A DNA stretch of 64,000 nucleotides. It comes from Azolla caroliniana. Lineage: Eukaryota; Plantae; Polypodiophyta. Below the pieces are notes generated by a model that was not told the origin of the DNA, searched no databases, and was given only the letters and a program-made list of their open reading frames with translations. The stretch is taken from NCBI GenBank assembly GCA_043228905.1, contig JBHGNT010000013.1, forward strand, positions 18,848,001 to 18,912,000. Reading direction: 5' to 3'. Position 1 is the stretch's first letter. Each line of letters starts with the position of its first letter. Shown here in pieces: positions 1 to 11,674 of this stretch. Made by a program: the position numbers and the translations under genes.

Positions 1-950
1 GGACGGCATATCGCGCATTATCTTCACCTTCTTGATTGATGACCCACCCGATTCCAGTTGGGCTCGTATCTACGGTCACATAAATTGGTTTCCCTTCGGC
101 ATAGTCGGCCTTCCTTAGTGTCGGAGCTTCAAGAAGCAGTTTCTTTAATCTTCGCATCGCCTCTGTGTGCTCGTCTCGCCATTCGAACTTTATTCTTTTC
201 TTTAGTAGTCCATATAACGGTTCGGCGACATGAGCGTAGTGAGGAATCCATATATGATAAAACGCGCACGCTCCAAGGAATCTTCGAACCTCCGTTTGGT
301 TTTCGCATTCTTCTTTCATGTCTTGGATTGCGTTCACTTTGGATGGCGAGGGCTTCCGGCCGTATGCTCCACACAAGTGACCTACCACCAAGATCTCTGG
401 TTGCCCGAATGCGGATTTTTCTCCCGAAAATGTCAAATTCGCATCTTCGAACCTTTGAAGCACCTTCTCGCAATCTTTCATATGATCCACAACGAACTTT
501 CTACAACCTTCCTTATCTTTCGATTCATCTTTCTCCTCATCCGAACATCCTTTTATCGGAACATCATCCAAGAATGGCATCGTGATGTCCGGAATGCAAT
601 CCTTCAAGACTTTATTCATGGCATTCACCATATGAGCCACCGAGTTCGTTGCGCCTTGGGGTAAGGTACACATCCGCACAAGCCCGATCGGAGTCCTCAT
701 GGTTGTAATGTCCCGACTGTCGATCGCCAACTGGAATTGGTCATATCCGGAGTAGAGATCGCCAATGGAGTAGATGGACCGGCCCGCAAACGCTTCGGCA
801 AATTCGTCCACGCTCGGACCGATTCCGGCATTTCGAATTGTCACCTTGTTGACGGGTTGAAGATCTTGGATGAATCGCAATGATCCATTCTTCTTCGGCA
901 CCATGAACCACCTATTGGAATAAGGAGCATTCGACGGTTCTAGAATCCAT
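1..950 (-). pseudogene. Gypsy-type LTR retrotransposon pol fragment (reverse transcriptase and adjacent region), degraded
   Basis: Minus strand encodes GDLYSGYDQFQLA...PQGATNSVAHMVNAMNKVLKDCIPDITMPFLDD, clearly paralogous to the RT at 31533-32726 but diverged from it in DNA sequence. Confidence 0.8.
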
Positions 951-1483
951 ACTTGCCCTCCTTGTATATGTATATATTTTTATATATTTATTTTATCTAG
1001 TCGCCGGTTCGCCGGATACTGTCGCCGGATACCGGTGCCGCCGCCGGATGCCGACGCCGCATGCCGCCATCGGATTGCCGTCGGATCACCGGCTCCATCG
1101 CCGGTCCGGTTTTGGTTGGCCAAAACCCTTTACGAGTAGCTAGCCACCTCCACTCTAAGTTCAAGTTACCTTGAACTCTCTATGCTCCACACATAGACAC
1201 AAAGATAATATCTTTTGCTCCACCTTATATATGATGAGAGCCGTATTTGTCGTGCCTATGTGGGATATCTCACAATTTTCTCTTTTCTTTTCACAAACTT
1301 TATACCCTCATATCTTGACATTTAGTTGTCCATTTCTCGTGTAATAAAGTGCATTCGAAACCTCCATCATTTTGTACTTAGATATTAAAAATGTTATCTT
1401 CACAATTATTGTATTACATGAATCATACTCGAGTTTGTACGTTTTATGGGATTTTCACACTATTGCCGAAAATCTTCACGACA
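951..1483 (-). mobile_element. Probable LTR remnant ending ...CTTCACGACA, inserted into the duplicated Gypsy copy
   Basis: Ends in CACGACA at 1483, like the other Gypsy LTRs in the window. From 1484 the sequence matches 29854 onward, where no such insert exists. Left boundary is uncertain. Confidence 0.5.
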
Positions 1484-4400
1484 CCGTTCCGAGCCGGTCG
1501 TTGTCGCTATCCAGGTTGTCCGGGTCTGGTTCAGCCTCGTGCCGCTTTTTGAATGCTTTGATCCTTTTCCCCACCACTGGTACCGCCATCCTTGTCCCGT
1601 CGAGCTCCGCGAGATGGTAGGTCCCATTGTCGTTGGCGCTTATCACCACATAAGGCCCGAACCACCTCCTTGCAAACTTCTGCATTGCCGGATGCTGGTT
1701 GTCGAGGTTGTTGTCATACACTAGAACCCAGTCGCCTTCCTCGATCTTCCTCGGTCTCAGTCGGTGAGTTCGGTCGAACCATCCTTTTTTCTTTACCCTT
1801 GCCACCCGTAGCTTCTCCGCAGCTCGGTCTTCGCTCCAGCTGCCGAATTCGTGTCGCCAACAGCTCCTCCCGACTCATCTCGTCTTTCCAATCCACCGTG
1901 GCCCATGAGGAGATTGTCTGCTCCGTTCGCATGTTCGGCTTCTGCCCATACATTAGCTCTGTCGGCATGAACCCGGTTACCAAATTGTGTGTAGTTCGGT
2001 CTACCCACAACGCATAGGATAAGAGCCGCGGCCAGTTCCCGACTTGGCCTCCACACGCCCATACTAACGCTTTGACGATTGGCTCGTGTCCGCATTTCAC
2101 CTTCCCGTTAGCCTCCGGATTGTACGCTGTGGTGAGCGAGAGTTTAATCCCTAACCGGTCAAACAACTCTTCTGACTCTTGCGCATCCAACACTCCACGG
2201 TCGGCCACGATCTTACCTACACACCCATACTGGCAGACCACTTCTTCGATCAGAAATCGGCACACGGCCGCAGTCATTTTGTTCTGCAACGCTCGGCCTT
2301 CCACCTGGTTCGTCAGGCCCTCCCAAGCCAACACCAGATACCGCATCTGCCCTACCCCCATTGACATCGTCACCAGATCCACCATCCACTTAAAGTGGGC
2401 AATCGGAGGGTAGGTCGGGTGAAGCTCATCCCTATGTCGGACTATGGAGTGCACCTGACAGCTTTCACAAGTCGTCACGAACCGATGCACGTCTCGATAT
2501 AGTCCCGGCCACTAGTACATCCCCTTTAGCTTCTCAAATGTGGCCCACGTCCCATGGTGTCTGACCCAGGGACTCTCGTGGTATGCTGTCAACAATTCTT
2601 CCTGCTCTTCTTTCCTCGCCACCACTCGAAGCGGGATGTCGTTTCTCTTCTTCGGGTGCTTCCATATGCTCCCGTCTAGTAGCAAGAATCGGTACGCTTT
2701 CTTCCGAATCCAGTTGGTCTCTTCCTTTGTCCACGCCGCGTCCGGTGTCATTGTCTTCAGAAACCCGCCGATCTGGGGCCACTCCCTGTCGTACTTGCTC
2801 TCGTCGAATTCGTTAAGCGCCGGAGTGCTCCCCTTTCTTGTTGTTACATAAGCCGCCTCGAAGAAGTCCACGCCGACTTCCTCGTCCTCCGAAACCATGC
2901 CGTCCTCATCATCGAACCTCGCCCTCGAAAGCATGTCGGCCATGGCATTGTCCTTTCCGGAAATGTGTCGTATTTCCGGATTCATGGACTTGATGTACGC
3001 CATCCACCTGAGCATTGCCAGGTCCGGTGTCACGCATCCGGAAACCATGCTGAGAATCGGCAGGCAGTCTGTCTCGATTATCACCTCGGTCCCAATCAAG
3101 TAGTCTTTATCGACTTTGACCGCCGAAACGATACCCCAGAGTTCGCGTTTAACCTGGGTGTACCCTCATTGTCACTCACTGAGGACTTTCGCGCCGAACC
3201 GGATGGGGAACCTCACACCATCGTCATCCTCTTGGTTGATCACCCACCCAATCCCAGTTGGACTCGTGTCCACGGTCACGTAAATCGGGACTTCCTTGCC
3301 GTAAACCGCTTTCCGGAGAGCCGGTGCCGCAGCGAGCGCCTCCTTCAGTCTCCGGATCGACTCTGTGTGCTCCTTCCTCCATTCGAACCGGTGCCCTTTC
3401 TTCAATAACCCGTAGAGCGGTTCCGCGACATGCGCGTAGTGCGGAATCCAGATGTGATAGAAGGCACACGCCCACAAGATCCTTCGAACCTCTATAACCG
3501 ACCCGCAGTCATCCTTCATCACGGAGATGGTTTCAACCTTCACCGGGGATGGTTTCCACCCGTAAGGCCCGCACAGGTGTCCGACCACCAGGATCTCTGG
3601 CTGTCCGAAGGCTGATTTTTCCCCGGAGAAGGTGAGTCGCGCTCTCTCAAGTCTATGTAGCACCTTCTTGTAGTCGCGGATGTGATCCGTCACGAACCTT
3701 CAGCAACCGTCGGGCCCGACCGACTCGTCCTTGTCCTCCACTGGACATCCTTTGATCGGGATGTCGTCCAAGAATGGCATGGTGATGTCCGGGATGCAGT
3801 CCCTCAACACCTTGTTCATCGCATTCACCATGTGCCCCACCGAGTTCGTTCCTCCTTGCAGCAGGGTACACATCCAAACTAGGTCGAGAGGAGTCCGCAT
3901 CATCGTGACATCCCTGCTCTCAACGGCTAATTGGAACTGATCGTACCCTGAGTACAGATCCCCAACCGAGTAGATCAACCTCCCTTCGAAGGCCTCCGCA
4001 AACTCATCAATAGTCGGTCTGATACCTGCGTTTCGAATGGTCAACTTGTTGACCGGTTGTAGGTCCTGTATGAAGTGCAGTGTGTCGTTCTTCTTCGCCA
4101 CAGTGAACCACCGATTCGAATATGGGGCAGTCGACGGTTCGAGGATGCCCATCTCCACCTTCTGTTTCAGCAGCTCCATCAGCTTCAAGATGTGAGCTCT
4201 GGGTACCGGAATCGGTTTGAGATTCCACGGCACATGCGGTACCGTGAAGATCACCATTGGTTCCACAACCTTTGGGTCTACGCACCCGATCTCCTCCGAT
4301 GAGAATGCAAATCCATTCCCGTGCCTCCCGAGCATTCCCCAAAACTGGTCTTCTTCCGCCCCCACCGATCTTGAGCTCCCGTAGCGTTATGTCAGTGAAC

Positions 4401-4591
4401 GTGTATCCTATGCTGGTTGGATTTCGTAAACTTGGGTCCGACGCGACCCCCTTTTTCCGTAACTCGCTGCCCTTCAGCAAGGGTGTCGCGACTGGCCTCA
4501 CCTTCCGGTCCACAGTCTTGTACTTCACATCCACTCGAGCCGTCCGATTCGACTTGAGTCCATTACCGAAGTCGGCAATGACTTCGTATAT
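1484..4591 (-). pseudogene. Gypsy pol (RT, RNase H, integrase) with frameshifts and stops; duplicate of 29854-32952
   Basis: ORFs 3700-4365 (RT, PFLDD), 3172-3693, 2512-3099 (RNase H, IETDCLPI...ADMLSR), 1714-2490 (integrase core, TTAYNPEANG) and 1476-1805 are near-identical to the ORFs at 29828-32964. Confidence 0.9.
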
Positions 4592-4939
4592 GGGTGAAAG
4601 CATGCGAGTGGAAACAATTAGCTATGTCCTTGACATAGCTAATTAGCTATGCAAAAAGCTACCATTGATAAATAGTCATTTTAGTAAAAAGCCATCATTA
4701 ATAAATTAAGTATGCAAAAAACTACCATTGAAAATACTAGACTGTTTTAATTACATATGTAAATGAGTGCCATAAATGTGCAACATAAATTGATGTGTGC
4801 ACCATAAATGTGTACCATAAATTATATATCGAATTCCTAGGTCCATTATGCATGATCCTTTGCCACATCACGTAGGCCATCTCTAGTTGAGTATTGTGGG
4901 TTAGTTGCTACCACTGTTGCTAAACCCTATCGAGTCCAC

Positions 4940-5240
4940 TTGCCGCCACTCTACACTGAGGGGCCGCTACTGTGCGTTCCAAGCACTCTGACACTCTACA
5001 CTCAGGGGCCACAACTGTGCATTCCAAGCATCATCAAAGAGTTGTTCAATCTGACGGGGTTCTTTTCTCTGTACCACTCTACACTCAGGGGCCGCTACTG
5101 TGCGTTCCAAGCATCATTGGTAACTGTTCAATCTGACGGGGTTCTCTTCTCTGTGCCACTCTACTCTCAGGTGCCCTTCTATGTGCGTTCCAAGCATCAT
5201 CGGTAACTGTTCAATCTGACGGGGTTCTCTCCTCCATTGC
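4940..5240 (+). repeat. ~81-83 bp tandem repeat, about 3-4 units, with degenerate copies to ~5420
   Basis: Recurring CACTCTACACTCAGGGGCCGCTACTGTGCGTTCCAAGCATCAT...TGTTCAATCTGACGGGGTTCTC. Confidence 0.85.
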
Positions 5241-5563
5241 CATCATTCTATACTCAGTTGCCGCTACTGTCCAGTCCTGGATTGCTTCCACATTTCGATT
5301 TGACAAAGTTCACTCATCCAACGGCAACATTCTACACTCAGTTGTCGCCATTGGTCGGTCTTGGATCGCCTCCTCAACTGTTCGATCCAACGGAGTGAAC
5401 TCCTCTACTGTTCGGTCTTGGATTGCAATAACTTTTCTATCTATTGATTATCTTGTGTATTGTTGTGTCTAATCTTGTGTATTGTGGAATATTTTTGTGT
5501 ATTGTTGTTGCCCATAGCTATCTTAAATACTTGTTTTTTATTCTGGAAATTTAGGGTTTTAAC

Positions 5564-8500
5564 ATGTCCAGCCAAATGGAAGGGGAAGAAGGTTGTTTAG
5601 AATTACCCCTCAATGATCATAAGGATAGGGATGATGCTATCAGGACACAACAAGCCATACAAAACTATTGGGCAGAAAAGAAAAGGAAACATCGTCAATT
5701 GTTGAAGGATACGAAAGCCACACTCAGTAAAGGTAAGGATAGTTTAGCTGAGAATGTAAGTAATGCGACTACCATCATAGAGAGAAAGGTTGTAGACTAT
5801 TTCAATGTTCAAACCAAGCACATCAGCAATGAAGAAAAGAAGGTAGTACTTTATGGAATATGTAATGATCCATCGATAAAGGACTTAGTTGATTGTGATG
5901 GTCTTAATGCAAACATATCATCTATTTTAGTAAATAATCTTCGTAATAGTTTCGGATCCATGAGTAGGTCAGAAGATGATATTGTCTTAAAAAGGTCTAG
6001 TCTAATGATGTTACTTAATAGTGATGTTGACGATATAAACATCAGTGAGCTATCTAAGGTAATTGGTGTTAGTAGAAAAACAGCGTACAATACAATGAAC
6101 CGTATAATTTCCTCGGGTGAAGGAACTAGTCTACTAAAGCTAACTACAAGATGTAAGCCAATGACACCCATAACATTTGAAATCAAGGATGTAATCACAA
6201 TGTTTTGGACTAATGAGAGTAGGGTTTCACCCAATAAAAAGGATTTATGCAGGAATCGTGTTGGAAGAAATCAATACGAGGAGCATCCCATTCATCTTCT
6301 TGATGTACCTTAGGTATTTACATTTATCTCAACATTTGTTTTGACTCTACACAGAAAGTTAATTAGCTCACTTAGCAGAAAAGCTAATTAGCTTATCAGT
6401 TACATTTACCTCAGTTAGCTACTAGGATAGCTACTACATAGGTAACTGGCTACTCTCAATAGCTACTACCATGATAGCTAATTAGCTATTCTCAATAGCT
6501 AATATAGGTACTACCAGATAATTAGCTGTACTGGTAGCTAGTTAGCTATCATGGTAGCTAGTTAGCTATTTCGTTATTACCAACTAATTAGCTACTAGGA
6601 AAGCTAATTAGCTACCATGATAGCTAATTAGCTTACTAGGACAGCTAATTAGCCACCGTGATAGCTAATTAGCTACTAGACCAGCTAATTTGCTACCATG
6701 ATAGTTAATTAGTTAGGACAGCTAATTAGCCACCATGATAGCTAATTAGCTACTAGACCAGCTAATTAGCTACCATGATAGCTAATTAGCTACTAGACCA
6801 GCTAATTAGCTACTAGGACAGCTAATTAGCCACCATGATAGCTAATTAGCTACTAGACCAGCTAATTAGCTACCATGATAGCTAATTAGCTACTAGACCA
6901 GCTAATTAGCTACCATGATAGCTAATTAGTTACTAGGAAAGCTAATTAGCCACCATGATAGCTAATTAACTACTAGGACAGCTAATTAGCTACCATGATA
7001 GCTAATTAGCTACTACGACAGCTAATTAGCTACCATGATAGCTAATTAGCTACTAGAATAGCTAATAAGCTACTAGAATAGCTAATTAGCTACTAGAATA
7101 GCTAATTAGCTACTAGAATAGCTACTAGGATAGTTAGCTAGTTACGAGAATAACTAATTCCCCTTTATTACGCAGGTCGATTTATTTATTAGGTTCAAAC
7201 GAATGCATCCAACTATCAAAGTTCAACTACGAACATTCGAGTCTTTTAAGCCACACTTTGTGAGACGCTTAAAGGATCGATACACATGTTGTTGCATTTA
7301 CCATGTACAGATGGGTTTTCTGAAGGACTCTGTTAATCTACTACGTCACCATAGCGCATCCCTAACTAATACAGTTTGCACATGTGGGTGCCCAATCTGT
7401 CGATCAAGCCCGCAAGAGGAGTGTAAATCATCTGAGCACGTTGTCTCTTCCATGAGTTATTTATTAGATTCAATATTGTGTCCGAGAGAAACTGACGCTA
7501 TCTTCCATATTCATAAATGTGTCATGGGTTTATGTCAAGATTGTGGCCCTACTAGATTTAGGTGGTGTCCAAATGAATTGAGTAGTGAAATATTGATCTC
7601 TGTGAAGTTCTTTGAGTCAGTGAACACCAATTTCGAAGGAAAGGTGTGTAAAAGAAAGGATCTAGTTGGGAAGATGCTTAAACCAAGGGATTTGGTGTCT
7701 CTGTTTGTAGTATCTCTAGGAAAGTTCATTAAACACAACTTCATTTATTCATGGCAAGCCCATCAGTTTAAGACTTGCATATCTGATTTCCCAAATGATG
7801 TAGTAGTCTCAGTAGTAGATTTTGCAGAGAATTATACTTTCAAGCAACAGAATGAAATTCAATCTATGCATTGGTGTTCAATTCAGGTAACCATTTTTGT
7901 GCACATAACATATTTTCGAGTTTCAAGTGATGTTAAAAAAGTAATTCATTTCTTTATTTCCGATGATAAGAAGCATGATACCTTGTTCGTCCAACACTGT
8001 TTTAAGTTACATTGGCAGTGGTTATTAGCTCAACGTTTGGAGCTTACTCAACATTGGGTCTGGTCTGATGGAGCTGCGTCACAATTCAAGGCTCGACGTC
8101 CATTTTATTTTGTGGGGAGGTATCCTGCTATAACAGGTTTGGAGATGAGATGGAATTTTTTTGGGTCTGGCCATGGTAAAGGTGAACATGATGGTGCAGG
8201 GGCTGTTATAAAGCGGGCACTTACCCATGAACAACTAAAGACAAATGGTGTGCACATGAATTGTGCATCACATGTAGTTGAATTTTTAAGAACAAATATG
8301 TCAACGAGTGCAACAGGTGTTTATTCCTCGCAAGTCCGAGATATCAAACGTGAATTTTGGGAAGTGAAGATAGATGAAGTAAATAGGGAGAAGACCTGGG
8401 AGTGCCAAGGAATTCCCGAACTGTGATCTCTGCATGTTGTTCGCGATTATTCCAGGTTGGATGGTCATTGTATTGCGGTTAGAGAATTGACTTGTTTTTG

Positions 8501-9013
8501 CTTCCATTGTGTGCAGGGAAATTGGAGATATTGTCTAAACAAAGCATACATTTAGAATTGGGAGTATCACACTCTGAATGATAAGTAGTTGATGGAGAAA
8601 CATGGCAGAATGCTGACTTCACATATGAGGGACTTGGAGATACTTTGAGTGATGTCCTGAACGTTGGGGATAACTTCGTTGTAAATGCTGAAGAAGGCAA
8701 TTTAGAGGGTGCTGATTTCTATATATTAAAGTGCATGGTTAGTAAATAGTGTGCAAGGCAGAATATTGTAGATGCATGGGGAAATTTTGTATCTGCCGGG
8801 ACATTCTACATCGAAGGCATTTTTTATGCAAAACTAGATGACTACGAATATGTGTACAGGCTGTTAGAAGACAAACCAGCGGCGTACATGTACTCTCATT
8901 TGGTCATGTGCATCAACGTCCCAATGTCAGAATACAATAGCTGCTCAGGTTTATACACTATTGGTGCTAATGTGTATTAATGTATTTACAATAGTATGCC
9001 ATGGAATTTGTAG
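5564..9013 (+). pseudogene. Two-exon DDD transposase, copy A (exon 1 5564-~6313, exon 2 7176-9013)
   Basis: Motifs VVSVVDFAENY, WSDGAASQFK and FFGSGHGKGEHDGAG, plus Cys/His-rich segments. Acceptor TTTATTACGCAG|GTC is in frame. Premature stops (TGA 8424-8426 and later ones) and a small deletion near 8585. Confidence 0.85.
6358..7145. repeat. Intronic array of palindrome TAGCTAATTAGCTA, ~20-bp period
   Basis: Repeated GCTAATTAGC cores separated by short variable spacers (TACCATGATA, TACTAGACCA, TACTAGGACA). Confidence 0.95.
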
Positions 9014-9361
9014 CTACAAGTAGCACTTACCATGTTCTCTTGTAAAACAAACGTATATTTCACAAAAACAGTTAAATAAATTCGTTTGAGAATCAATTTC
9101 TTGTACACAATCTGCTTTCTGTGCTTCTTTCTCAATAAAATCATGTCTTTTTTGTTAAGTTTTAAGTTATAAGTTATAGCGAAATAGTCATTAGTAGCTA
9201 ATTAGTTGTACAAATGCAACTAATTAGCTGTCAATAGCTAAATAGTCATCAATAGCATGAAATCAACAATCTGCAACATATTCCTCAAATTACACAGTAG
9301 ATAAGTACAGTGGGAACAAGTAATTAAATTCTTCATTGAATAATGTCATCTCTTTACATAT

Positions 9362-10338
9362 TTATAAATTACCATTGGAAATGTCTACAAATCTCCTATA
9401 AATAGCTAAGCTCTTGCTAGTCAGTGGAACGAGTCTACATATATTATCCACATATTGAGCTCGGTATGGAGTCCACAACCATGCACCTAGTTGGCAGCTC
9501 ACTGTTTGCACCAGGTACTGTTCAGGCATTTCCTCGGGTAGAATGAGACAGCATCTCCGAATATTGAAGTAGTGCCGGAAATGTTCTGTATCCAAAATCA
9601 ATGTATTGTCGGCATTATATTCAGGCCAAGTAGCCCAAAAATCAGAAAGTCTCTTGAATCTTGCAGCTTCCATTTGCTCACAATTTTCTCATGCCCATTG
9701 ACCTTTAAAACGACTTCGCCATTTTGGGAAGAATCTTGCCAAACACTTCCACACATCTGATTTTGGTTTTTCACTCCAAATAAACAAATCAAAGTATTGC
9801 ACAGCCCACTCTAGAAACTGATTTGCGTCCCTCCTTGGCTGCATATATCTCACACTCATCAAGACTTTATCAAGTTCCAAGATCAAGGCTCTTCTTTCGA
9901 CTTCTAGTGGTTTAGGTTTCCATTCCTGAAACTGAGCCGCTGTTACACCATTTTCTGGTAGGATACGATCAATCTCAATCAGCTCAGGTTCGGCAGACAC
10001 AACTGGCGTCCTTTTCCTCTTCAAACCCCTAGTCGACTGTGTTGGGCCTGGCTTCACATTCTGGTGCTCTTGTTTTGTCGACTTAGTTATCAATCCTTGG
10101 ATTACCTCGGTGCATGTAGCTACTGATCTGCTCGATATCAGTCCACTGGTATCACATGTTGCATCTACCTGCAACACCAAGTCATCCGTGCAACATGCTT
10201 GATCAACTTGTGTGACCAGATCACTTGTGTCAATTGCTACATCTACTTTCAAGATGGGGCCCTTTAAACATGCCACAACATCAACAGTATCCACACTGCC
10301 ATTGGCATTATGAGCAATAGAATCAAACCCTTTAGACT
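9362..10338 (-). pseudogene. Passenger-gene exon: FCP1/SCP (NIF)-like HAD phosphatase domain, copy A, one premature stop
   Basis: LILELDKVL...FLEWAVQYFDLFIWS...KRLS...NTLILD. A TGA at 9689-9691 splits ORFs 9689-10417 and 9362-9673. Confidence 0.7.
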
Positions 10339-10587
10339 CTGCAACATCAGAAAACACCAACATATTCACACTCACAAAGTAACTAACAGTCTCACAAAAC
10401 AACATCCTGAACATCAAAGAATTTCAGTCATAGAACAACACTCTTCAAATTATCTTGGAAAAACATCATAGAGTTCCATTACATAATGTGGATCAAGCAA
10501 CAACCAATCTGAGGTTTTACTTGTCCAACAGGATAGTAAAACTTCATAAAACCCTAGCAAAATCCTTAAGCTAACAATCATATCCAA

Positions 10588-11123
10588 CTAAACAGTATTT
10601 CGCTCCACTACGTCTGGGCCCCTTGACCGAGTAACTGGTCTTGTTCCTGATCGTGGCCCCTTCTTCAGCCTTTTTCTGGTCGGTTCCCCATTTAGCCTTG
10701 CTTCTTTCACCCAATGCGCAAGTGTGTCCTCCTCCGACAACCTTCCCATCGCCTCAGCAGCTAATTGCACATCAGCCGTTTCTTGAACTAGCTTTTCAAG
10801 TACAGAGGGATCTGTTTGGACATTTTCTTTAGTTGGGCTCGGTGGGGTGGAATCAAGGTCTTGAGATTCGAAGAAATGTTGCATCAAGTGTTCATAAACA
10901 CTGTTGTTGTGAACCTCAGTTTTACATGTTGTTTCCACTATTTCATGGCATTTCACATCGTTGCCTAATTCAGTACACTGTTCCAAAAGAATAGGGTGGA
11001 GCTGATCTGAAGGAGATGTGATAGCAGGACTCTAACTTTCAGCCACGTTGGCAGCAATATCCTCATCTGTTGCAGCGTCATCAGCACCAGACACATCATG
11101 TGCCGTCCTTAATCCACAAGATT
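10588..11123 (-). pseudogene. Passenger-gene acidic exon with basic NLS-like tail, copy A
   Basis: Matches 44275-44810 and 16413-16948; has an extra in-frame TAG near 11033. Confidence 0.65.
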
Positions 11124-11139
11124 CTACAATAACATGGCA

Positions 11140-11601
11140 GCTATTTAGGATAGCTAATTAGCTACTTTACTAAACTATGGTAGAAGCTAGGATAGCTAAT
11201 TAGCTAGTATGATAGCTAATTAGGATAGCTAATTAGCTAGTACAATAGCTAATTAGCTACTTTACTCAACTATGGTAGTAGCTAGGATAGCTAATTAGCT
11301 ACAATGGTAGCTAATTAGCTACTTTACTCAACTATGGTAGTAGCTAGGATAGCTAATTAGCTACTTTACTCAACTATGGTAATAGGTAGGATAGCTAATT
11401 AATTAGCTACTTTACTCAACTATGATAGTAGCTAGGATAGCTAATTAGCTACTTTACTCAACTATGGTAGTAGCTAGGATAGCTAATTAGCTACTTTACT
11501 CGACTATGGTAGTAGCTAGGATAGCTAATTAGCTACTTTACTAACTATGGTAGTAGCTAGTATAGCTAATTAGCTACTTTACTAACTATGGTAGTAGCTA
11601 G
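11140..11601. repeat. Intronic TAGCTAATTAGCTA array (passenger gene, copy A)
   Basis: Units such as GGATAGCTAATTAGCTACTTTACTCAACTATGGTAGTAGCTA. Confidence 0.95.
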
Positions 11602-11643
11602 TGTAAACGTAAGTGTTTGCGGAAGCGTAAAATAGAGAACAAC

Positions 11644-11674
<31 letters not shown>

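Noticed and set aside
6358-7145. CRISPR-like array (palindromic repeat with spacers)
   Set aside because: The repeat is only 14 bp, spacers are ~6 bp and recurrent, there are no cas genes, and the context is a eukaryotic intron.
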